Positions 53,679 to 63,457 of a DNA stretch of 64,000 nucleotides are shown in pieces. The stretch spans positions 1 to 64,000 of the forward strand of contig CAVWHX010000001.1 in the NCBI GenBank assembly GCA_963754925.1, in the 5' to 3' direction. Under the pieces are notes generated by a model. It ran no database searches and was not told the origin of the DNA. It saw nothing but the letters and a program-made list of their open reading frames with translations. This stretch comes from an uncultured delta proteobacterium (GTDB lineage Bacteria; Myxococcota; B64-G9). The position numbers and the translations under genes were made by a program. Position 1 is the stretch's first letter. Every line of letters begins with the position of its first letter.

Positions 53679-55204
53679 ATGGCAAAAGAATCCAGCACTC
53701 CTCGGTCTGAAGGCCTCCAAGCCCCGAATTCCGGTCGCCGGTTTGGCGTCGGAACGCTTGTCCTTATCGCGATCATAAGCTCGGCCGCGATAGGCGCCGG
53801 CACTTACTGGCTGGGCCGCACTGCAGGCGAGAATCACGCGGCAGTCACACCCGAGACCGCGCAGGCTCAGAAGGCCCGCTACCAGTGCCCGATGCACCCG
53901 TCGATTGTGCAGGACCACCCCGGAGAATGCCCCATCTGCGGGATGAAGCTCGTGAGGGTAGACGAGGGGAAGGGAGTGGGAGCGGCGTCGGCGGCGGTAG
54001 GCGCGAACGGAGAACGAAGAATCCTCAATTACCGCGCGCCCATGGACCCGAAGGTAACCTCGCCCACACCGAAAAAGGACGAGATGGGAATGGATTGCGT
54101 CCCTGTGTACGCAAACGACATCACCGGCGCACAGTCGCCGGTCGCGGGTCAGGCCACCGTGGACATCGATCCGGCGCGCCAGCAGCTCATCGGGCTGACC
54201 ACCGCCGAGGTCACCGCGGGCCCGGTCGGCGGCTCCTGGCGGACAGTCGGCCGCGTCGCGATGGACGAAACGCGGGTGCGCCACATCAACCTGAAGGTGC
54301 CCGGGTTCGTCGAACGCATTTACGTGGACTTTGTAGGCAAGACGGTTAAAAGGGCGACCCGCTTTTCTCCCTCTATAGTCCCGAGCTGCTTTCGGCGCAG
54401 GAGGAGTACCTTTTGGCGCTACGCGTAAGCGGCGTCCTTGCGAAAGGCGGCGCGCTTCGCGCCGACGGCGACACGCTGGTTACGGCCGCCCGCAAGAAGC
54501 TGTCGCTCTGGGACATCCCTGAGTCGGAGATCGACCGGATTGCTACAACCGGGAACGCCACTAAAACACTCACCTTCTACTCGCCGGTTTCGGGTGTGGT
54601 GACCAAAAAGGACGTCGTCGAAGGAATGAAGCTCGAAGCCGGCGCGATGCCCTATGAGATTGTCGACCTCTCCGAAGTCTGGGTGCTGGCCGATATCTAC
54701 GAAAACGAACTGCAGCAGGTGAAGGTAGGCATGCCCGCCAGTTTGACCTTGAATGCTTTCCCGAACCGCGAGTTTAACGGCAAGGTCCTGTTCATGGATC
54801 CCATTCTCGATCCCGCGACGCGAACCGTGAAGGTGCGCCTGGCGTTTGCGAATCCAAGTGGCGACCTGCGTCCCGAGATGTTCGGCGACGTGGTACTGCA
54901 CGGTAAACCGCGCGAGGGCCTGCGCATCCCTCTCGACGCGGTGATCGATTCCGGCAACGAAAAGATCGTGTTCGTCGCGCTCGGCAGCGGCAAGTTCCAG
55001 CCTCGCACGGTCCGACTTGGCGACGTGAGCGGCAACAACGTGGAGGTGGTCTCGGGACTTAAATCAGGGGATGAGGTAGTTACGCGCGCGAACTTCCTTA
55101 TTGACTCGGAATCAAGGCTCCGGGCCTCGCTCGCGGAGATATCGGCCGGCAACGCGCCAAAGATACCCGAGAGCGCCCGCGTCCTTCCGGGAAATAACCC
55201 ATGA
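53679..55204 (+). CDS. cusB: CusB-like membrane fusion protein (frameshift near 54352)
   Basis: YQCPMHP...PGECPICGMKL, APMDP...KDEMGMD, SPVSG, LRPEMF, ANFLIDSES. Confidence 0.87.
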
Positions 55205-58200
55205 TCAAGCGCGTTATTCGCTTCTCGGCCGAGAACAGATACCTGGTCATCGCCGCGGGCATCGTGTTGCTGGTCATCGCTTGGTGGTCAATTCGGAATA
55301 TTCCGATCGATGCATTGCCCGATCTCTCGGATACCCAGGTGATTGTCTACTCGCGCTGGGACCGCAGCCCGGACATCATCGAGGATCAGGTGACCTACCC
55401 GATTATCACGGCCCTGCTCGGCGCGCCGCGCGTCAAGTCCATCCGCGGCTTTTCGGACTTCGGCTTCAGCTACGTTTACGTCATTTTCGAGGATGGCACC
55501 GACCTCTACTGGGCGCGAACGCGGGTATTGGAGTACTTGTCGAAAGTCATACCGCAGTTGCCCGCCGGGGTGAAGACCGAGCTCGGCCCGGATGCCACGA
55601 GCGTCGGTTGGGTCTTTCAGTACGCGCTCGTGGACAAGAGCGGCACGCACTCGTCCGACGAGCTGCGCTCGTACCAGGATTGGTTTCTACGCTACGCGAT
55701 CCAAAGCGTTCCCGGCGTCTCGGAAGTGGCCACGGTCGGCGGCCAGGTGCGCCAGTACCAAGTGACCGTCAACCCCAACACGCTCGTAGCCTACAAGCTG
55801 CCGCTCGACGCGGTGATCAATGCGGTGCGTAAGGGCAACAACGATGTGGGCGGTCGCCTGGTCGAGCTCGCCGGCCGCGAGTACATGGTGCGCGGCCGCG
55901 GGTACATAAAGAACATTCACGACATCGAGAACCTGGTGCTTAAAACTGAAGGCGGCACCCCGGTGTTGGTGAAGGACGTCGCCACGGTCGCGCTCGGGCC
56001 GGAGATGCGTCGCGGCGTCGCCGACTACAACGGCGAGGGCGATGTTGTCGGCGGCATCGTGGTGATGCGGGCTAGCGAAAACGCCCTGGCCGTCATCGAG
56101 CGCGTCAAGACCAAGCTCGCGGAGCTTGTGCCCTCGTTGCCGAAAGGCGTCGAGGTGGTCACGACCTACGATCGCTCGGATCTCATCGAGCGCGCCATCG
56201 GCACGGTCACGGACAAGCTGATCGAGGAAATCATCGTCGTCTCGATCATCATTCTTATCTTTCTGTGGCATTTCCCCTCGTCGATCATTCCCATCGTTAC
56301 CATCCCGATATCGGTCGCGTTGTCGTTCATCCTGATGAAGCTCTTTGGTATAAACGCCAACCTGATGTCGCTTTCGGGCATCGCTATCTCGATCGGCGTG
56401 CTCGTGGACGGGGCCATTGTCGAGGTGGAGAACGCCTACAACAAAATTCACCACTGGATACAGGACGGGAAGAAGGGCGACTTCCACCAGGTGCGGCTCG
56501 AGGCCTTGTTGGAGGTCGGCCCGGGCGTTTTCTTCTCGCTACTAGTCATTGCGGTGGCATTCTTGCCGGTCTTCACCCTGGTCGACCAGGAAGGCCGGCT
56601 CTTCCGCCCTTTGGCCTTCTCCAAAAACTTTGCCATGGCCATAGCGGCGGTCTTGGCGGTGACGCTCGATCCCGCGCTACGCATGTTGTTCGCGCGGATC
56701 GACCCCTTTACCTTTCGACCTCGGTTTGTGGCGTGGCTTGCGACTAAGTTGTTTGTTGGGGCGTATCACTCCGAGGAGGGTCATCCGATTAGCCGATTGT
56801 TACACCGCCTCTACGAGAAGCCATGCCGCTTCGTCGTGCGACACGCCAAGATGACCATTATCGGCGCGGCGCTTATCGTGCTCACCACCATCCCGATCTA
56901 CCTGAACCTCGGCTCTGAGTTCATGCCTCCGTTGCAGGAGGGGACCATCCTGTACATGCCCTCGGCGGTGGAGCCCGGCATGTCCGTGGCTGAAGCGCAG
57001 AAGGCGCTCCAGATCCAGGACAAGATCCTGATGACCTTCCCCGAGGTCGAACGCGTCTTCGGCAAGGCCGGGCGGGCCAATACCTCCACGGACCCGGCAC
57101 CCTTCACCATGATGGAGACGACCGTTTTGCTCAAGCCGGAGAGTCAATGGCGGGAGAAACCGCGCTGGTACTCTTCTTGGGCGCCCGGGTGGCTTAAACA
57201 GTTCCTGTGCCCGATGTGGGGCGACCGCATCACCCAAGACGAGCTGGAGAATCAGATGAACGCCGCGCTGCAACTCCCGGGCATCTCGAACGCTTGGACC
57301 ATGCCCATCAAGGGCCGGCTCGACATGCTCTCGACCGGGATCCGCACACCCGTGGGCATCAAGATCATGGGCTCGGACCTTACCATCATCGAGCGCATCG
57401 CCAAAGAAACCGAGGCCGCGGTAGCGAGGCTTCCCAGCACCCGCAGCGCCTATGCGGAACGCGTCGCCGGCGGGTACTTCCTCGACTTCGTTCTTAAACG
57501 CGGGCAACTTGCCCGCTACGGTTTGAGCGTCGACGACGCCAACATGATGGTGATGACCGCAGTCGGCGGCGACAATCAAAGCACCACGGTCGAAGGGCGT
57601 GAACGCTACGGCATCAACGTGCGCTACGCGCGCGACTATCGCGACGACGTTGATGCGCTCAAGCGCGTGCTTCTACCGCTGCCGAGCGGTCAGGGGCAGA
57701 TACCGATGAGCGAAATTGCCGATGTTGTGCTCGCGCAGGGGCCCTCGATGATCCGCGACGAGAACGGTCTCTTGGCTGGCTACGTGTACGTCGACTTCGA
57801 CACCTCGAAGGTAGATATCGGCAGCTACGTCGAGCAGGCGAAGGAAGCGGTCGCCGCCGCGGTCACGACGCCGACCGGTTACTCCATGACCTGGAGCGGC
57901 CAGTACGAGAACATGCTCCGAGTCCATGAGCGGATGAAGCTAATTCTGCCGATCACGCTCGTGCTCATCTTCGCATTGCTCTATTTGAACACGAAATCGG
58001 CTTTCAAAGCGGCTCTTGTCATGCTCGCCGTCCCATTCTCCGCCGTCGGAGCTGTCTGGTTGCTGTGGATGCTGGGCTACAATGTCTCGATAGCGGTGTG
58101 GGTCGGCCTGATCGCCCTGATGGGTCTCGACGCCGAGACCGGCGTGTTCATGCTGCTCTTCTTGGATTTATCGCATGACGAGTTTAAGAAGAAGGGACTA

Positions 58201-58455
58201 CTCAAGACCCGGGGCGACCTCGTCGAGGCCATCATCCACGGAGCGGTCAAACGCGTACGCCCCAAGGCCATGACCGTGTTCGCCGCGATGCTTGGCCTGC
58301 TGCCCATCATGTGGTCGATCGGAACCGGGGCCGACCTCATGAAACGGATCGCCGCACCCATGGTGGGCGGTCTGCTTACCTCATTTGTCATGGAACTTCT
58401 CGTATATCCGGCTGTCTACTATCTCTGGCGAAAAAAAGAGGTGGTGCAAGGATAG
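55201..58455 (+). CDS. cusA: CusA-type Cu(I)/Ag(I) RND pump
   Basis: DALPDLSDTQVI, LGPDATSVGWV.QY, GSEFMP.L.EG..LYMP, TDPAP..M.ET, RVRPK.MT. Confidence 0.93.
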   Translation: MIKRVIRFSAENRYLVIAAGIVLLVIAWWSIRNIPIDALPDLSDTQVIVYSRWDRSPDIIEDQVTYPIITALLGAPRVKSIRGFSDFGFSYVYVIFEDGTDLYWARTRVLEYLSKVIPQLPAGVKTELGPDATSVGWVFQYALVDKSGTHSSDELRSYQDWFLRYAIQSVPGVSEVATVGGQVRQYQVTVNPNTLVAYKLPLDAVINAVRKGNNDVGGRLVELAGREYMVRGRGYIKNIHDIENLVLKTEGGTPVLVKDVATVALGPEMRRGVADYNGEGDVVGGIVVMRASENALAVIERVKTKLAELVPSLPKGVEVVTTYDRSDLIERAIGTVTDKLIEEIIVVSIIILIFLWHFPSSIIPIVTIPISVALSFILMKLFGINANLMSLSGIAISIGVLVDGAIVEVENAYNKIHHWIQDGKKGDFHQVRLEALLEVGPGVFFSLLVIAVAFLPVFTLVDQEGRLFRPLAFSKNFAMAIAAVLAVTLDPALRMLFARIDPFTFRPRFVAWLATKLFVGAYHSEEGHPISRLLHRLYEKPCRFVVRHAKMTIIGAALIVLTTIPIYLNLGSEFMPPLQEGTILYMPSAVEPGMSVAEAQKALQIQDKILMTFPEVERVFGKAGRANTSTDPAPFTMMETTVLLKPESQWREKPRWYSSWAPGWLKQFLCPMWGDRITQDELENQMNAALQLPGISNAWTMPIKGRLDMLSTGIRTPVGIKIMGSDLTIIERIAKETEAAVARLPSTRSAYAERVAGGYFLDFVLKRGQLARYGLSVDDANMMVMTAVGGDNQSTTVEGRERYGINVRYARDYRDDVDALKRVLLPLPSGQGQIPMSEIADVVLAQGPSMIRDENGLLAGYVYVDFDTSKVDIGSYVEQAKEAVAAAVTTPTGYSMTWSGQYENMLRVHERMKLILPITLVLIFALLYLNTKSAFKAALVMLAVPFSAVGAVWLLWMLGYNVSIAVWVGLIALMGLDAETGVFMLLFLDLSHDEFKKKGLLKTRGDLVEAIIHGAVKRVRPKAMTVFAAMLGLLPIMWSIGTGADLMKRIAAPMVGGLLTSFVMELLVYPAVYYLWRKKEVVQG

Positions 58456-58578
58456 CGATGAGGGGCCTGTGAAACCGGATGGTTACCGACGTCCTTGTCG
58501 TTGCCTAGCGCCTAATGATATAAACAGTATGAGTTGTCAAATATGTTAGGCTCAATGTTCAAAAAGAGGGGAACGCAT

Positions 58579-59433
58579 ATGTCAACGATACTGATGCAGG
58601 GCATGATACTGGCCGTGTTGTTGGCGTTACCGGCAAACCGGTCTACTTCCGCCGAACGAGATGCATCATCGACGCTTGCCGAAGAGCTCAAAACAGCCCA
58701 CACCCTTCTTAAGAACCATGAGCTCGATACCTTGAAACCCATTGTCGGAAACCTCAAAAAAAAGTACCCGACAGACCACGCAGTTCGTATCCTTAGTGGC
58801 GAGGTTTGCCTACAACAGCATCAGTATCAAGAGGCGTTAGAGGAGTTCTCGGAAGTACTAAAAACCGACAAGAACTCGGTTGACGCAAATATCGGCCGAG
58901 CCGAGTCGCTGGTCGGGCTTGGCGACGCCCGCGCGGCGTTATCCTGGGCCAAGATGGGAGTCAGCCTCGATATTGACAACCCCCGGGCATGGCATGTCCT
59001 TGGGGAAGTCTATCTGAATGACGTCAACCAGGATTATCCACGAGCCGAGGAAGCCTTTCGTAGGGAGATCGAATTGGTTCCCGATAGCCGTGAAGGCCGC
59101 CTTAACCTGGCTTATGCGCTCAACTACCAGAAAAAAGGGTACCAAAGTATCGATGAACTTAAAACCGCCCTATCGTACTATCCGCGAGATGTGCCGATAC
59201 TGCTCAAATTGGCTGAAATCTATTACGTTAATCGAGAGCTCGATAAAGCCGAGGAGATGGGTTACGAGGCAATGCGGATCGATCCGAACAATGCCGAGGC
59301 CCTTAAGATAATGGGACAAATCAGGAGTGGACATAGGTATTATTATTGGGTGATTGGGGTCTCGGCGGTTGTCATTCCGTTCATTTTCTTTGGAATGCGC
59401 TGGCTCAAGAAGGGACGAACTATTAAGGAGTAG
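58579..59433 (+). CDS. TPR-repeat exported protein with C-terminal membrane anchor
   Basis: Signal peptide, TPR helices (NPRAWHVLGEVY, DPNNAEA), terminal hydrophobic helix plus basic tail. Confidence 0.8.
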   Translation: MSTILMQGMILAVLLALPANRSTSAERDASSTLAEELKTAHTLLKNHELDTLKPIVGNLKKKYPTDHAVRILSGEVCLQQHQYQEALEEFSEVLKTDKNSVDANIGRAESLVGLGDARAALSWAKMGVSLDIDNPRAWHVLGEVYLNDVNQDYPRAEEAFRREIELVPDSREGRLNLAYALNYQKKGYQSIDELKTALSYYPRDVPILLKLAEIYYVNRELDKAEEMGYEAMRIDPNNAEALKIMGQIRSGHRYYYWVIGVSAVVIPFIFFGMRWLKKGRTIKE

Positions 59434-59434
59434 C

Positions 59435-60244
59435 ATGCCGGCGACTCATCAACTCATATGTTTGGTTGTATGTTTCGTGGCACGTACCGTGCTCGCCGAG
59501 CAGGAATCCTCAACCGGGACGTGTATCGGACATACCTTAACCCCCGAACAAGTCAAAGAGCAGCTTTTTGTGGGCTCGCGTGCGACTTTTGCAACCTGGG
59601 GGGTTGAAACGATTGAGCTTGCACCTTGTTTGAGCGATGACGGCGTTGCCGCCCAGATTGTTCTCACGTTACCCAAGGGCTGGTCGAGCCTCGGTGTTTC
59701 GTATAGGCTGCGGGTATCCTCCAGGTTTGATCCCAAGACCGGCAAGCCGACCGGAAGCACAAAAAATAGTATGCTTCAAACTATTCCGGCTACCATCAAG
59801 AGGCTTCTGCCGCGGATCGAACGCGAGGAAAGCGTCCGCAGTTTTGTCGAGCGCTATCAACCGTTGCTGGTATGGATTGAACCAGACACCAGCAGGGAAA
59901 ATCTGCGGTTTGATTTTCAGTCGATAAACGCACATAAATCCATCGGGGCTCAATTATTGCTTCAGGACAACGTTCCTGGATTCGTTGTCGGGTATCGACT
60001 TTCGCACATCGATGGGTTGCCGGTGCGACGAGAGCTGTTGCGCTTCGCCGAACTAGTTTCAATTCAGCAACCGCGTTGCATGATACAAGATATTTATGCG
60101 CTGCGTCAGGAAAGCCCGATTGATGATAACAAGAAGAAAATAGTCTGGTCAATCGACGCCAAACTACGGGGCAAAGAATGTCGATCACCGATCGGTCTCA
60201 CGGTCGATGAGAATGGCAACACAGCTCCGGATTCTGACAACTAA
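59435..60244 (+). CDS. Hypothetical exported protein
   Basis: AAGGAG then ATG just after the TPR stop; signal-like N-terminus; no recognised motif. Confidence 0.6.
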   Translation: MPATHQLICLVVCFVARTVLAEQESSTGTCIGHTLTPEQVKEQLFVGSRATFATWGVETIELAPCLSDDGVAAQIVLTLPKGWSSLGVSYRLRVSSRFDPKTGKPTGSTKNSMLQTIPATIKRLLPRIEREESVRSFVERYQPLLVWIEPDTSRENLRFDFQSINAHKSIGAQLLLQDNVPGFVVGYRLSHIDGLPVRRELLRFAELVSIQQPRCMIQDIYALRQESPIDDNKKKIVWSIDAKLRGKECRSPIGLTVDENGNTAPDSDN

Positions 60245-60258
60245 GGTAGGTTGGTTGC

Positions 60259-61173
60259 TCAAGTAATTCTTTCATATTTCATAATAACTGCCCGTGCAGA
60301 AATGATATCTGATCCTTCAAGCCAGTGGATACGAATACCCTTTCGCTCCATACGCCTAAACCAGCTTTCCTGGCGCCGAGCGAATTGATAAATTGCACTT
60401 TCGAGCTTCAAAGCGAGTTCATCTTCGGACTTGATGGCGCCGTTGAGGAATCCTGTTACGTATCGGTACTCGAGGCCGAGTGAGGTAAGCCTCTCTTCTG
60501 AAATTCCTTTTTTGATGAGTTGCTCTACCTCGACGATAAGCCCCTGAATAAACCGTGCCTGCAAACGGTCGTGGATGCGTCGACGGAGTAATTGATGCTC
60601 GACATGTATGCCGAGGATCAACGGGCAAACCCTCGGCCGTTCCCGGGTCGGAAGGTTTTTTTGAAAGTCGGCGATCTCGATTGCGCGTATCACTCGTTCG
60701 GGTGAGCCGAAGTCACTGATATTGTGCAGGCGCTTGACCTGCGCCAGGCGGAGTTTCAGCTCCTCAAAAGATAGACCGGAAAGCTCGGCGCGAAGCCTGG
60801 GGTTTTCAGGCACCGCCGCAAGGTTGTAGTTCATCAGCACCGAGTCAAGGTATAGCCCCGATCCCCCTACTAATACAGGCAGAACATGGCGAGCGCTCAC
60901 CGTAACAAAAACCTCGTAAAAACGTCTTTGGAAATCAAAAACTGAAAACTCCTGGTCGAGATCTGCCTCGTCTATCAGATGATACGGCACCTTTTGGCCG
61001 TTGACCGTGTACTCGCCAAGGTCTTTTCCCGCCCCAATGTCGAGCCCTCGATACACCTGGCGCGAGTCGGCTGATAGTATTTCACCGCCTTGCTCATGCG
61101 CCAACGCCGCTGCCAGGCGGGTCTTTCCGGTTGCCGTGGGGCCGAGTATCACGAGAAGGTTAAATGGGTGCAT
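60259..61173 (-). CDS. miaA: tRNA dimethylallyltransferase
   Basis: LGPTATGKT, SADSRQVYRGLDIG.GK, GGSGLY, QFARRQ.SWFR. Confidence 0.95.
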   Translation of the reverse strand: MHPFNLLVILGPTATGKTRLAAALAHEQGGEILSADSRQVYRGLDIGAGKDLGEYTVNGQKVPYHLIDEADLDQEFSVFDFQRRFYEVFVTVSARHVLPVLVGGSGLYLDSVLMNYNLAAVPENPRLRAELSGLSFEELKLRLAQVKRLHNISDFGSPERVIRAIEIADFQKNLPTRERPRVCPLILGIHVEHQLLRRRIHDRLQARFIQGLIVEVEQLIKKGISEERLTSLGLEYRYVTGFLNGAIKSEDELALKLESAIYQFARRQESWFRRMERKGIRIHWLEGSDIISARAVIMKYERIT

Positions 61174-61360
61174 ACTATCTATGAACGTGATCATAAGCTT
61201 GTTTGTCAAGCGTCGTTTGGGTGAACATCTAACATAAAATTTTTCTTGACTTAGGCCATGCTTTCTCGTACATAGTGGTACCATGCGAGGTATAAGCAAA
61301 AATTGTTGCGGATCGCACGTTCTGGAACCTCAGGCTAACCTGGTTCTTGGGAATAGCATA

Positions 61361-61468
61361 GTGGGGCTTACGTTAGAGATTGTTACCGAACGAAGTGCGG
61401 TTTACAATCTCTTATCCCTTCAGGGACTAGTACTCGTTATTAGTCTCGGGTGCGGGCCCCCGTTCTAG
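61361..61468 (+). CDS. Putative ilv leader peptide containing an in-frame 54-bp repeat insertion
   Basis: Ends CTA GTA CTC GTT ATT AGT CTC (LVLVISL) GCGPPF* just before a terminator; GTG start inferred, an upstream ATG exists at 61283. Confidence 0.6.
   Translation: MGLTLEIVTERSAVYNLLSLQGLVLVISLGCGPPF
61374..61430 (+). repeat. TAG-flanked hairpin element, copy 4
   Basis: TAG AGATTGT TACC GA AC GAA GT GC GGTTT ACAATCT CTTATCCCTTCAGGGAC TAG. Confidence 0.8.
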
Positions 61469-61527
61469 AAAAGACCACAAGTCGATTGAACGGCCCCCGC
61501 ACCAGAGAGGTTGCGGGGGTTTTTTTT
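61449..61527 (+). promoter_or_regulatory. Transcription attenuator (antiterminator/terminator) of ilvD-ilvB
   Basis: Terminator CCCCCGCA (61494-61501)/TGCGGGGG (61512-61519) + T8; competing pairings GGTGCGGG/CCCGCACC and CCGTTC/GAACGG. Confidence 0.75.
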
Positions 61528-61612
61528 ACGTCGGTGTCAAAGGCAAGAAGGACAATGAATTCAACGATCAGAAAAAACAAGCTCACTCAACGGCGTCTGG
61601 AGAAATTAACCA

Positions 61613-63274
61613 ATGCGTTCCGATAGCATCAAGAAGGGCTTTGAGCACGCCCCCCACCGAGCACTGCTTAAGGCAACTGGCGTTGTGAAAGACCGCGACA
61701 TGGACAAGCCATTTGTCGCCGTTGTCAATTCATATGTCGACATTATTCCCGGCCACGCTCACCTGCAAGGGTTCGCCAAGTTGGTTAAGGAAGCGGTGCG
61801 GGCCGCCGGCGCCGTCCCGTTTGAATTCAACACCATCGGCATCTGCGACGGCATCGCCATGGGTCATGGCGGGATGAAGCTCTCCTTGCCAAGCCGGGAG
61901 CTCATCGCCGACAGTGTAGAGACCATGATCGCGGCACATTGTTTCGATGGCATGGTCTGCATTCCCAACTGTGACAAGATCGTACCCGGTATGTTGATGG
62001 CCGCCGTGCGCCTTGATATTCCGACCATCTTTGTCAGCGGCGGTCCGATGGCTGCGGGCCAAACCCCGGACGGCCGGGTGGTTGACCTGATCAGCATCTT
62101 TGAAGGGGTGGGGGCCTATAAGGCCGGGAAGCTTTCCTTGGCGGAGCTTAAGATCCTTGAGGATCATGGTTGTCCCTCGTGCGGTTCGTGCGCCGGCTTG
62201 TTCACCGCCAACAGCATGAACTGCCTCATGGAAGCGCTGGGGATGGCATTGCCGTACAACGGATCGGCTCTGGCTCTCAGCACCGAGCGTGAGGATCTCG
62301 CCCGGCGCGCCGGCGCGCAAATCGTCGAACTCATCAAGAAGGATACGCGGCCACGCCAGATTCTGACGACTGAGGCGGTTGACGACGCCTTTGCTCTCGA
62401 CATGGCGCTGGGCGGAAGCACCAACACGGTCTTACACCTGCTGGCCGTTACGCATGAGTTGGGAATCGACTATCCCCTCTCGCGTATCGGCGAGATCGCC
62501 TCCCGGGTGCCCCATTTGTGTAAAATAGCGCCGGCATCCGCATTGCACATGCAAGACTTGCATCGCGCCGGCGGGGTTCCGGCTATCCTCAATGAAATCA
62601 GGCAGTTTTTGCACCTCGACCGGCCAACGGTGAGCGGAACCTCCCTGGGCTCATCAATTGCCGGAGCGGTGACGCGCGATCGCGAGGTCATTCGTTCGCC
62701 GCAATCGCCTCATTCGCAATCCGGCGGCCTCGCTATACTATTCGGCAATCTGGCTCCCGAGGGAGCGGTGGTAAAAACCGGCGCGGTGGCTTCAACCATG
62801 CACCAGCATGTTGGCCCTGCTAAAGTCTACGATGGACATGACGCAGCCAAAAACGCTATTCTGGCGGGCGAAATCAGATCGGGAGATGTCGTTGTTATTC
62901 GCTACGAGGGGCCGGCCGGTGGACCGGGGATGCAAGAAATGTTGAGCCCGACGTCCGCTCTCATGGGAATGGGGTTGGATGAAAGCGTAGCGCTCGTGAC
63001 CGACGGCCGCTTTTCCGGCGGAACGCGCGGCGCCTGTATCGGCCATGTCAGTCCCGAGGCCGCGGCCGGCGGACCGATTGCGGCCGTCGAAAACGGCGAT
63101 GTAATCGAGATCGATCTTGATGCGCGGTCGATTACCGTTCGTATTTCAGAAGAGGAGTTATCGCGCCGGTTGCGGTCACTGCCGCGGCGTGAGGTGCATA
63201 TCGAAAGCCGTTGGCTCAGGCGCTATGCCAAGGCCGTAACCAGTGCTTCCTCGGGCGCGGTGCTCAGGGATTAG
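61613..63274 (+). CDS. ilvD: Dihydroxy-acid dehydratase
   Basis: [57 protein letters not shown]. Confidence 0.97.
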   Translation: MRSDSIKKGFEHAPHRALLKATGVVKDRDMDKPFVAVVNSYVDIIPGHAHLQGFAKLVKEAVRAAGAVPFEFNTIGICDGIAMGHGGMKLSLPSRELIADSVETMIAAHCFDGMVCIPNCDKIVPGMLMAAVRLDIPTIFVSGGPMAAGQTPDGRVVDLISIFEGVGAYKAGKLSLAELKILEDHGCPSCGSCAGLFTANSMNCLMEALGMALPYNGSALALSTEREDLARRAGAQIVELIKKDTRPRQILTTEAVDDAFALDMALGGSTNTVLHLLAVTHELGIDYPLSRIGEIASRVPHLCKIAPASALHMQDLHRAGGVPAILNEIRQFLHLDRPTVSGTSLGSSIAGAVTRDREVIRSPQSPHSQSGGLAILFGNLAPEGAVVKTGAVASTMHQHVGPAKVYDGHDAAKNAILAGEIRSGDVVVIRYEGPAGGPGMQEMLSPTSALMGMGLDESVALVTDGRFSGGTRGACIGHVSPEAAAGGPIAAVENGDVIEIDLDARSITVRISEEELSRRLRSLPRREVHIESRWLRRYAKAVTSASSGAVLRD

Positions 63275-63446
63275 GGATTGTTGACGAGCTTTGCGAGTCT
63301 TACAATCCCTTATCCCCGTAGGGGGCTAGAGACGGTAGCAAGCGAAGTGAGGCGTATAGGAGATTGTTGACGAACGGAGTGAGGATTACAAGCTCTTATC
63401 CTTTGGACAGTCTCTTGTCCCTTCGAGTGAAGCGAGAAGGGGCTAG
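63272..63446 (+). repeat. Cluster of hairpin elements: copy 5 (63272-63329), a truncated copy (63327-63359) and long copy 6 (63357-63446)
   Basis: Units are delimited by TAG at 63272, 63327, 63357 and 63444; copy 6 closely matches copy 3. Confidence 0.8.
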
Positions 63447-63457
63447 GTGGTGAGACG

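Noticed and set aside
63272..63446. Possible CRISPR array or integron attC cassettes
   Set aside because: The units are not identical repeats with unique spacers, no cas or integrase gene is present, and I found no consistent attC core sites
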